Below are positions 38,909 through 47,027 of a stretch of 64,000 bases of DNA, piece by piece; position 1 is the stretch's first letter, and every line of letters begins with the position of its first letter. Origin of the DNA: Candidatus Parcubacteria bacterium (GTDB taxonomy: Bacteria > Patescibacteriota > Minisyncoccia > Phycocordibacterales > UBA918); the NCBI GenBank assembly GCA_046050355.1, contig JBJOPW010000004.1, forward strand, positions 1 through 64,000. Direction: 5' to 3'. Position numbers and translations under genes: made by a program. The notes below the pieces were generated by a model. That model worked only from the letters and a program-made list of their open reading frames with translations. It searched no databases and was not told the DNA's origin.

Positions 38909-39316
38909 ATGCCGTTATTGTTCGAAGATGACTACGAGTACTTGAAAAGTACTGGGCTAAAGTACGATGAGTACACGGACCAGCGCTTCTTGGTGGTCAG
39001 GGCTTACCCCGTTCCGGAGGGTAAGTACATCTTCGAAGGACAACCGGTTCGGACGGTCGATGTCCTGTCCATTATCCCGCCAAACTACAACACCGAAGGC
39101 TGCGACATGTTCTGGGTGCACCCAGCGATATCGCGTGCTGATGGAAAGCCCATTCCGGCAACTGGCGGCGACGACAGAGTCTTCGACAACACGACCTTCG
39201 TTCGTTGGTCCAGGCACTGGCCTGCCGGTCGATGGAGACCCAAGGTTGATACAATAGAGACCATATTGAGCCGTATCGACTGGGCCTTGCATAACCCAGA
39301 CCCTGCTGAAGCATGA
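38909..39316 (+). CDS. Prokaryotic E2-like protein (Prok-E2_E type)
   Basis: IPPNY, DMFWVHP and RWSRHW motifs. Confidence 0.82.
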   Translation: MPLLFEDDYEYLKSTGLKYDEYTDQRFLVVRAYPVPEGKYIFEGQPVRTVDVLSIIPPNYNTEGCDMFWVHPAISRADGKPIPATGGDDRVFDNTTFVRWSRHWPAGRWRPKVDTIETILSRIDWALHNPDPAEA

Positions 39317-40764
39317 GCCAACCCCGCATCACCCTCCTGCAATCACATCGAGAGCGCTTGGAGCGTTGGTTACCGTCTCATCCAGAGCATCACGAACGTG
39401 CCGCTGTAGTACTGTTCCGCTCGTTTGCACGAGAGGTACTGGAACAGACTCAATCAGAACGGCTCGTCTCGGTCGACGTGATCGAAATGACTGATGACTG
39501 GCTCGTGGAGAGCTCAGTCATCAGTGTCAAAGTCAACCTTCGAAAGCTTGTGGATCTGTATTTCCGCTGTGAGCAGGAGGGCTTACACTTAGGCTTCGTA
39601 CATAGTCACCCACTTGGTGCTGACGCCTTCTCGGGTCAGGACGATCAGAACGAACAAAACATCTTGCGGGGCTACGCTGGCTGCAATGGACGAGACTCAA
39701 GATTGGTGGCTCTTGTCTACGTCGACGGCGAGTGGATTGGTCGGGTGCGTTATGCGACCAAGCCAACCGAGAGCTCGCCTGTTCGTCACATACTTACACT
39801 GGGGGAAACCCTTGCTGTACACCATTTGACCAACCCGGAGGGTGATCTGGCTACACTGGAGCGACAGGCGGCCGCTTTCGGTCGACCATTTAATCAAAAG
39901 CTTCAGTCTCTTAGAGTTGCAGTGGTTGGGTGCGGAGGTACCGGCTCACCAACTGCTACCCTTCTGGCTCGCGCAGGTGTCGGCGAACTTATTCTCATTG
40001 ATGGTGACAACCTAGAGGAAAGCAATCTCAACCGGGTTCGAGGCTTGCGGAGAGATGATGTCGGACACAACAAGGCAGAGAGGCTGTGTTCGTACATCCG
40101 CTCCTTATCCCTGCCAACATCCGTGTCGTTTGTCCCCAATTATCTTGAGGACAATCGGGCAGCTGTCGACGCACTTTCCTCAGCCGATGTCGTATTCGGC
40201 TGCACCGACACCGTGGCAAGTCGAGAACTCTTAAACGAGGCTCTGTACTATTATGGGTTTGTGCTCATTGATTGCGGACTGTCGGGAGAAGTTGCCAGCA
40301 CTGCTGATGGGAAACCAAGGCTCATTGAGCATCGCGGTCGCGTAAGCACCGTGCAGCCCGAAACTGGAGCTTGCCTGCGCTGCCAAGGGGTCGTCACAGA
40401 CAACAAACTGAGATACGAGAGAGCGGTCAACGAGAACCCAGAGCTCAAGAAGCTCGACGCCAAAACGCTGCTCCGCGAACATTATCTAGTTGGCGGAGGC
40501 GAAGCCGCTCCGGGGGTCGGACCGTTCACTAGCGCAACTGCCGATCTTGCTGTCTCCTCACTATTTGAACTCATTCATCCATACAGACAACTGGGCGGCG
40601 ATTTCCGTCCTGACAATATTTGGCAAGATTACTTGCATATGACTTATCACAGTAACGAGCCCCGAAACCTTTCTGCCGATTGTTATTGCTGTGGCACGCG
40701 CGCGATCCTACTGAAGCGTGAGCGTCAAGTTCTACTGGACAGACCGGCACTTGGTACGATTTGA
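39313..40764 (+). CDS. JAB peptidase-ThiF/E1 fusion
   Basis: E...HSHP...FSGQD JAB motif; VGCGGTGS, SNLNR, GCTD, CLRC and CYCC motifs. Confidence 0.9.
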   Translation: MSQPRITLLQSHRERLERWLPSHPEHHERAAVVLFRSFAREVLEQTQSERLVSVDVIEMTDDWLVESSVISVKVNLRKLVDLYFRCEQEGLHLGFVHSHPLGADAFSGQDDQNEQNILRGYAGCNGRDSRLVALVYVDGEWIGRVRYATKPTESSPVRHILTLGETLAVHHLTNPEGDLATLERQAAAFGRPFNQKLQSLRVAVVGCGGTGSPTATLLARAGVGELILIDGDNLEESNLNRVRGLRRDDVGHNKAERLCSYIRSLSLPTSVSFVPNYLEDNRAAVDALSSADVVFGCTDTVASRELLNEALYYYGFVLIDCGLSGEVASTADGKPRLIEHRGRVSTVQPETGACLRCQGVVTDNKLRYERAVNENPELKKLDAKTLLREHYLVGGGEAAPGVGPFTSATADLAVSSLFELIHPYRQLGGDFRPDNIWQDYLHMTYHSNEPRNLSADCYCCGTRAILLKRERQVLLDRPALGTI

Positions 40765-40765
40765 T

Positions 40766-41200
40766 ATGAATCTAGGCATTCCCAAGATATTTCTAAACTT
40801 CTGGAAGAAAGCACGGCTTCCAGAAATCCAAGAACCTACCAATCATGTGAGGCACTATCAAGCTGCCCTGATCTTGGAAAGAACACCAAGCAACTCGGCA
40901 ATCGGAGATCGCGATTTTGTATTCGTGATCTATGAGACCGTTCCACGGTGGGCACTGTTTCGATGCCCCTGCGGCTGTAGCGAAGTCATCAGCCTACCCC
41001 TAGCTGCTCCACACAATCCTCGATGGGCCGTCTATGTCGACGAGGATGGCTTCGCTTCTCTGTATCCATCCGTTTGGCGCAACACTGGCTGCATGAGTCA
41101 CTTTGTAATTCGCTCAGGATGTGTATTCTGGGCGAATAAGAGCGGGGTCAGCCCATTTGAAGCCAGCCCAAATTTCTATAAGCCTCGCATTCCCAAGTAG
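40766..41200 (+). CDS. DUF6527 family protein
   Basis: CPCGC, SLYPSVW and GCMSHFVIR motifs. Confidence 0.85.
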   Translation: MNLGIPKIFLNFWKKARLPEIQEPTNHVRHYQAALILERTPSNSAIGDRDFVFVIYETVPRWALFRCPCGCSEVISLPLAAPHNPRWAVYVDEDGFASLYPSVWRNTGCMSHFVIRSGCVFWANKSGVSPFEASPNFYKPRIPK

Positions 41201-41214
41201 AAGGGACGTGAGCT

Positions 41215-42636
41215 CTAGTATTCCCAGCGAACAAAATAGCCAGACCGTCCATAGCAGTCGTATCCGCGCTTGTCCTTATGTGCCTTGAGCATTGTCCCGG
41301 AGCTCTTCCTCTTGAACTCTTTTCCGCAGTAGGTACATGCGATCACCTGAAGGGGTCCACCAGAGTAGGTTGAAGGCCTGCGATTCACTCGACCCGCCGA
41401 ACTTCCTCCTCGCTTTGTCTGGGCACCAAGCCGACCGCCTCCTCCAAAGTAGGAATTTTCTGGCAGCTCACCTGCTTTTGACAGTTCGACCTCGAAGCGC
41501 GGTTCGAACTTTTCTTCAAGTATCTGTGGCTTCTCAACTTTTGGATTAACCAGGGACTTGATTCCGGTTGACCCTGAGGCACCTCCAGTTCGATCCCACA
41601 CATAGAAGTATTCGCGCGGAGACCCGTCCGATGGACGTTTGTAGCTTAGAGCGTAAGGTTCGACGACCCTCTCGTATCCGTCATAGGTTAGTCGGATAAG
41701 CCGTTGTTGAGACCCGGCTTCCAAGAAGACGTTACGAAGTTCTGCCGGAAAGAAGGCATCGCTTATGCGATCTGCCATACCGCTCGTTTCGAATACACTA
41801 TCGACGAACCGCGTGTACGCTTCTGTCGCGGTGTCGAAGTCTATTTTGCTTGCTGCCGGGCAAACTATGTATTTCTCCCATGCCGCCCGGAAGAAGGCCA
41901 TGGGGAGACCAAGGAGTATTTGCCGAGCTGAACCCGGACTTCGTTCAAAGATGGTCTTCTTGAGAAAGACGCTTGCAATTGTTGATCGATCAAGGTCAAT
42001 CCGATCATCAAAGAACGCAGCGTAAACTAGATCGTAGAGATCATGGGAGTGACGACGTTGCAGCAAGCATTTGAGCTTAGATGCCATGCCCTCTTCGAGA
42101 GCAACACATCTAAGATTTACTCTGCAGACATCTGAATCCGAATATGGATGAATAAGTGGAACCGTGCTCACTGGAAGATACAAGCGGTCGAACTCTGTCA
42201 CATCCATCCGAACTGAAATTTCCAGCGCGCTTTTCTGGCCATAGAAATCTTCGAAGAAGACCTTTCCCTTGTAGATTTTTCTGTCGGTGTTTTTGCCGAG
42301 ATTGGCCCGTGCGGCTTCTTTGAAAGAGCTTCTCTCACTTACAAACTTGATACCCGATACAGCTTGAGCCATCTTGCAGCTACGTTCAATTTGAGCAGTC
42401 AGTTCATCCAAGTCAACTGCACGTTCAGTTGAGAAATCCAGGTCAGAGGAGAACCTGGTGTTCGGAAAGTACGCTTTTCGGAAGCAGTTTCCGCCCTTTA
42501 GGATGAGAAGGTCACTGAGATACTCATTTTGGTATATTGCAAACAGGAGCCAGCCGAAGACGTAGTCACGCTGAACATTCGAGGTATTGATCTCGAATTC
42601 AGCAGATTTCTGGTCGATTTCATCTCTCTCGATCAT
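41215..42636 (-). CDS. AbiEii-type nucleotidyltransferase fused to WYL-like and Zn-finger domains
   Basis: LKGGNC, RFSSDLDF and K...HDLYDL (NTase); RVVEPYAL...YFYVWD (WYL-like); CTYC...H...C. Confidence 0.85.
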   Translation of the reverse strand: MIERDEIDQKSAEFEINTSNVQRDYVFGWLLFAIYQNEYLSDLLILKGGNCFRKAYFPNTRFSSDLDFSTERAVDLDELTAQIERSCKMAQAVSGIKFVSERSSFKEAARANLGKNTDRKIYKGKVFFEDFYGQKSALEISVRMDVTEFDRLYLPVSTVPLIHPYSDSDVCRVNLRCVALEEGMASKLKCLLQRRHSHDLYDLVYAAFFDDRIDLDRSTIASVFLKKTIFERSPGSARQILLGLPMAFFRAAWEKYIVCPAASKIDFDTATEAYTRFVDSVFETSGMADRISDAFFPAELRNVFLEAGSQQRLIRLTYDGYERVVEPYALSYKRPSDGSPREYFYVWDRTGGASGSTGIKSLVNPKVEKPQILEEKFEPRFEVELSKAGELPENSYFGGGGRLGAQTKRGGSSAGRVNRRPSTYSGGPLQVIACTYCGKEFKRKSSGTMLKAHKDKRGYDCYGRSGYFVRWEY

Positions 42637-42860
42637 GTGACTACTCTACACCAAATCCCAAGCTACGGCACCTTAAGGCGATGATGACGGTTTGGCCAAG
42701 GAACACAACCCGTATGGCACCTCTATGCTGCATCTGCTGTGTCTTGAGGCTTTTGATACTTCAAATTGTACTGCCACTGCGGGATCTTATTTGGAGTACA
42801 CGCTGGTCTTTTAGGACAGAAGGTTAGAAGGTGGCTCAGGGACGTCTTCATCTCCTTTAG

Positions 42861-42889
42861 AGTTCGAGAAGTGTTCCGATGTGGGTCAC
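42861..42889. repeat. att site, right junction
   Basis: Core GTGGGTCAC at 42881-42889. Confidence 0.9.
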
Positions 42890-43219
42890 ACTGGCGGCAA
42901 AACCGGTGGCGGCAGTGGGGATGCCGATGATGATGGGTTGACGCCTTTCATCATCGGACAAAATGTCGCAGATGCGTTTGCCGATGAATCGTCCGCACCG
43001 CTCAGTCAGGGATGGGTTGTCGGTCAGGTCGCCACGACCATTGAAGTAGATGTGGCTCGCTACACCGCTTTTCAGTGTGAACGGATCTTCTGTCCACACC
43101 AACATTCCATATTTGACCATTTCACGGATCAGGTCGATCTCCTCGTTTTCGAAGCGACGACCTGCACCGAATGGTGAAGTAAGTTCTGGCAAAGTACTAA
43201 TCCTTCCTGTTTGGGCCAC
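42881..43219 (-). pseudogene. pyrE: 5' half of interrupted orotate phosphoribosyltransferase-like gene
   Basis: FTLKSGVASHIYFN and IIGIPTAA motifs; reads into the element and stops at 42857; GTG start assumed. Confidence 0.8.
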
Positions 43220-43331
43220 TCCATCACGTATGGTGTGGCGGTTTGGCGATGGGGGTAGAGTACGCTTTGGCAAGTAAAAATGCAAGTACAGCAAAGAAAA
43301 TGAGTAATCTCATGCTACTATTTACATATAC

Positions 43332-44471
43332 ATGAAAGCGCCTGAAGTAAGTACAATGAATGAGGCTCGCGCGGCTCATGCGGAGTTCACTTTGCAACGT
43401 GCCGCTTTTTCATTTTTTCAAGAAAATATAGAACTGTGTTCCAAACCACCTCGTGATGTAATGCCAGAGATTATTGCAGAGTTGCCAGAGTCGCCCAAAT
43501 TACTCTCGAAACAAGAGATGGATCTATGGCTCAAAGAGAATACCTCAATGAGCGGTCAGCGGTTACATATGGACGTCGGGGCGCCATCAAAATTGGAATC
43601 CTATATTTTGTTTTTACTCATGACAACCAGTCCAAAAAGTACACAATTTGAAACAACGGATATAGAAACTACAGGTGACAGATTTTCATTAGTTGATAGT
43701 ATACAAATTTTGCGTGATGAGGTACGAACTAAGCGTTTCCTGATGGGTATCAAAGAGGCAGTTGCAAACCTTCTTACAACCAAAGATAATATACTTGTTT
43801 GCGATGCCGGTTGCGGAGCGATTCCTATTTTAGGTATACAAGCAGCATTGCAATCGCCAAATGTGCAGGTTGTTTGTATTGAGAGCAATCCCGAATCGGT
43901 TATTATGGCGCGTGAATGTATTAATGCGTTTAATCTTGGTAATCAAGTGTTGGTTATAGAAGGAGACGCACGTGAATATAAGCCAAAGAGAGAAATTGAT
44001 CTTGTTATTTCTGAGACAATGGATATTGGCTTACTTAATGAGCCAATGTGTGACATTATGTCGAGTTTAAAACCTTTCACATCAAATGATAGCATTTTCA
44101 TTCCAGAACAAGTAGAAGTATTGGCAACAGCATTAACAGCGTCTGATTATGATAGTGCTGATAGTTACGCCCTTATTGATAAGGATTGTTGGCCAGTTAT
44201 TCAAACAAAGTGGCAAGTTATCGGTAGCTACAAAGCAGGTGATTTGAGTCCGTATTTTGAAAGTGATATTTCGGTACCGCAGAATAATGAAGCAAAAATT
44301 CCACTAATAAGTTCAAGGGTAAAAATTCATGATTCAGTGCCAACTCTCGATTTTTGCGAAAGCCGCCTTACAGCATTTTTGCCTTTGCCTGGAAGCCTCC
44401 AGTCGCGTGATAGTAAACTACATATTTCGTATCGAGCGGGTGATTCGATCAAAGAAGTACAAATAGCATGA
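43332..44471 (+). CDS. Class I SAM-dependent methyltransferase (PRMT-like motifs)
   Basis: CDAGCG, EGDA and DLVISETM...LLNE motifs; AT-rich relative to neighbours. Confidence 0.8.
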   Translation: MKAPEVSTMNEARAAHAEFTLQRAAFSFFQENIELCSKPPRDVMPEIIAELPESPKLLSKQEMDLWLKENTSMSGQRLHMDVGAPSKLESYILFLLMTTSPKSTQFETTDIETTGDRFSLVDSIQILRDEVRTKRFLMGIKEAVANLLTTKDNILVCDAGCGAIPILGIQAALQSPNVQVVCIESNPESVIMARECINAFNLGNQVLVIEGDAREYKPKREIDLVISETMDIGLLNEPMCDIMSSLKPFTSNDSIFIPEQVEVLATALTASDYDSADSYALIDKDCWPVIQTKWQVIGSYKAGDLSPYFESDISVPQNNEAKIPLISSRVKIHDSVPTLDFCESRLTAFLPLPGSLQSRDSKLHISYRAGDSIKEVQIA

Positions 44472-44499
44472 CCAGCATAAATGTATACATAGCAATGTT

Positions 44500-45117
44500 A
44501 TGCAATACGGCGTAGATGTGGCGAGCACCCGGCTTGATGATCTCGATAAACGAGTGTTGGCAGATGTGCGTGAACGTATCGGTCGTGTGGAGGAGGTGTC
44601 AGTGCTTGATGTTGGGTGCGGGCAGGGTGGCTTGGCGCTGGTACTGACTCAAGCTGGAGCCATTGTTACTGCACTTGATATTCCTGACTACAGTTCGGCC
44701 TTTCAAAATGAGACTGCTGCGACAATTGAATTTGTTCAGGCAGATGTCCGTGAGTGGATACAAAATAATACTGTTCAGTTTGATATGGTCGTGCTGCAAC
44801 GCGTACTCCATTATCTACCGAATCATGAAGCTAAGAAGCTTCTGAGAGCACTGCGAGATGTGACCGCTACACTCTATCTGTCAGTGACCGGCACGACGAC
44901 TGCCATCGCGAGTCACTATGACAAAGTCCACGAGCTAATCGAGAGGCGGTGGGGTGTACTTGATACAGTGGGGCAGGAATTATTTTCTATCACTGCACCG
45001 GTGTGTCTCTATAGTAAGGAGGAGTTACTTGAGCTCCTCAAGGACTGTGGGTGGGAGGTAGTGTGGTCGCGAGTGTCTGATTTTGGGAATATTAAGGTGG
45101 TGGCTCGAGGGAGTTAA
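44500..45117 (+). CDS. Class I SAM-dependent methyltransferase
   Basis: VLDVGCGQG and FDMVVLQRVLHY motifs. Confidence 0.88.
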   Translation: MQYGVDVASTRLDDLDKRVLADVRERIGRVEEVSVLDVGCGQGGLALVLTQAGAIVTALDIPDYSSAFQNETAATIEFVQADVREWIQNNTVQFDMVVLQRVLHYLPNHEAKKLLRALRDVTATLYLSVTGTTTAIASHYDKVHELIERRWGVLDTVGQELFSITAPVCLYSKEELLELLKDCGWEVVWSRVSDFGNIKVVARGS

Positions 45118-45121
45118 GTAC

Positions 45122-45157
45122 AAACGTAAAAGTCCCCAATCGGGGACTTTTACGTTT
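45122..45157. terminator. Bidirectional terminator
   Basis: AAACGTAAAAGTCCCC-AATC-GGGGACTTTTACGTTT. Confidence 0.8.
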
Positions 45158-45166
45158 ACGTGTAGG

Positions 45167-45345
45167 GTGCCGGAGATAGGACTTGGTCACAGATAATTTC
45201 TTGCAGAAATTTCCGCGACCCCGCCTCATAGTCGCAGAGCGACATATTCCGGCTTTCAAGTCCCTCACGAAAGTAAAGCAGTTTGCTTTCTCTCCGGCTC
45301 ATTAAAATCAAAATGCGCCATAAAGCGCATTAAGATTTTATATTG
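45167..45345 (-). other. tRNA-Leu 3'-associated structured element
   Basis: Split antisense copy of the tRNA 3' end, internal hairpins, terminal degenerate direct copy CAAGTCCTATCTCCGGCAC. Confidence 0.75.
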
Positions 45346-45426
45346 TGCCGGAGGAGGGACTTGAACCCTCACACCTTGCGATAATGGGTTTTGAATCCAT
45401 CGCGTCTACCATTCCGCCACTCCGGC
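45346..45426 (-). tRNA. tRNA-Leu(CAA)
   Basis: GCCGGAG...CTCCGGC acceptor stem, loop TTCAAAA, long variable arm. Confidence 0.95.
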
Positions 45427-45619
45427 AATATTTCTCTTTCTATACTCGGCAAATATGAGGTATTTCCTCAATCGCTAGAGCATACCAGATAATCCAAAAC
45501 TTATAAACACCCATGGCCGGGGAAGGGTGTGGTAGAATAGAGGGACGAGCAACCGCGTTAGAACGGTTTTGGAGGTCATTCTTGCTCGGCTTTTTCCGTG
45601 TTAATTAGTATTCTGTCTT

Positions 45620-46987
45620 ATGGCATTTCAAGCTGATTCCATCTTCTGGGTAGAAGTAGAAAAAATTGTCCCAAACCCCTTCCAGCCACGTCGTGAGTTT
45701 GATGAGGCGAAGCTCAAAGAGTTGGCTGAATCAGTGCGGATGTACGGTATCTTGCAACCTCTGACAGTCACCCGCAAAGAAATCCAAGGGGAAGATGGAT
45801 CGTTCCGTAGTGAATACGAACTGATCGCTGGTGAACGACGCTTGCGCGCGAGTAAGCTGGCTGGACTGCAACTGGTGCCGGTCATTATCCGTGACGGTGA
45901 GCAGACAGAACAAGAGAAGCTTGAGCTTGCTATCATCGAAAACCTCCAGCGCGAGGATCTTAATGCAGTCGATCGAGCGCTCGCTTTTCGGCAGCTGGCT
46001 GATGTATTTGGACTCTCTCATAGTCAGGTAGGAGTGAAGGTAGGGCGTAGTCGCGAGTATGTTTCAAACTCAATTCGACTCTTAGCGCTCCCCGACTACA
46101 TGCTTGATGCGCTGCGGAGTAACGACATCACCGAGGGGCATGCGCGTACACTCCTCATGCTGAACGACCGACCCGAAGAGCAGGACGTAGTCTTCCGTGA
46201 GATTCTTCTCAAGAAGTTGTCCGTACGTGAAGTAGAAAAGATTGCCCGTGGCATCGCAACGGAGAAAGTGCGCAAGAAAGAACTAGTGGATGATGGACTC
46301 CTCGAGATGGAAAAAGAATTTAGTAGCACTCTCGGTACGCGCGTTAGTATCACCAAAACAGAATTTGGTGGACGTCTGACCATTGATTACTTTTCACTTG
46401 AAGACCTGGAGTCAATGCTTGAACGGATGCGGCAGGAGAAGCTCGGTAGTGTTCGCACTCCAGTTCCGGCTGACTACCGTGATGAGTCAAACGACACCGT
46501 TGTCAGTGATGCGGTTGACGAAGAAATGTCGACACTAGCTGAGTTGGCGCGCGCGACTGGGCTTGAACCAATTGTACCGAGCCAGGTTCCTTCCGAGTCT
46601 GTTGAGGCTCTAGAAGAGCGTGCGGCAGTGCTGGCGGAAGTAGTAGCGGAAGCGATGCCTCAGGTTGAGGAGTCGGTTGTCGCGGTGGAGCCGGTCATGC
46701 CGGACGCTAAGGAACCGGAGTCACTGATGGTGCCGGTAGCTCCATCGCCAGCCGCTGCGGACACTCCTACACCAACCGCTGATCTGAGTGCTAAGCCAAG
46801 CTTACGCGATCAACTAGCCTTACTCCTTGGTAATCGAGTACCGACACCGACGCCTCTGTCACCATCCACGGAAGAAATTACTCCTCTTGGTGACGACACA
46901 AAGCCAGCTGAAACGGCTACTGCTCCTCTCCGTGCTAAGTCAGCGACGGACGATGATTTGTATTCGGTGACAAAATTCACCATCTAA
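45620..46987 (+). CDS. parB: ParB/Spo0J partition protein with long acidic Pro-rich tail
   Basis: NPFQPRR, IAGERRLRA and ENLQREDL motifs. Confidence 0.93.
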   Translation: MAFQADSIFWVEVEKIVPNPFQPRREFDEAKLKELAESVRMYGILQPLTVTRKEIQGEDGSFRSEYELIAGERRLRASKLAGLQLVPVIIRDGEQTEQEKLELAIIENLQREDLNAVDRALAFRQLADVFGLSHSQVGVKVGRSREYVSNSIRLLALPDYMLDALRSNDITEGHARTLLMLNDRPEEQDVVFREILLKKLSVREVEKIARGIATEKVRKKELVDDGLLEMEKEFSSTLGTRVSITKTEFGGRLTIDYFSLEDLESMLERMRQEKLGSVRTPVPADYRDESNDTVVSDAVDEEMSTLAELARATGLEPIVPSQVPSESVEALEERAAVLAEVVAEAMPQVEESVVAVEPVMPDAKEPESLMVPVAPSPAAADTPTPTADLSAKPSLRDQLALLLGNRVPTPTPLSPSTEEITPLGDDTKPAETATAPLRAKSATDDDLYSVTKFTI

Positions 46988-47027
46988 ATAAAAACGAGCG
47001 ACTCAAGAGGGTCGCTCGTTTTTATTT
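46987..47027. terminator. Bidirectional terminator
   Basis: AAATAAAAACGAGCGAC...GTCGCTCGTTTTTATTT. Confidence 0.75.

Larger units (their letters stand above)
13773..42889. mobile_element. Serine-recombinase integrative element (~29.1 kb) inserted in pyrE-like gene
   Basis: Direct repeat GTGGGTCAC at 13773-13781 and 42881-42889; removing the intervening DNA restores one ORF; recombinase sits at the boundary. Confidence 0.92.

Noticed and set aside
13773-42889. Assembly chimera joining two organisms
   Set aside because: The duplicated core, in-frame restoration of pyrE and boundary recombinase are hard to produce by misassembly; read-level confirmation is still needed
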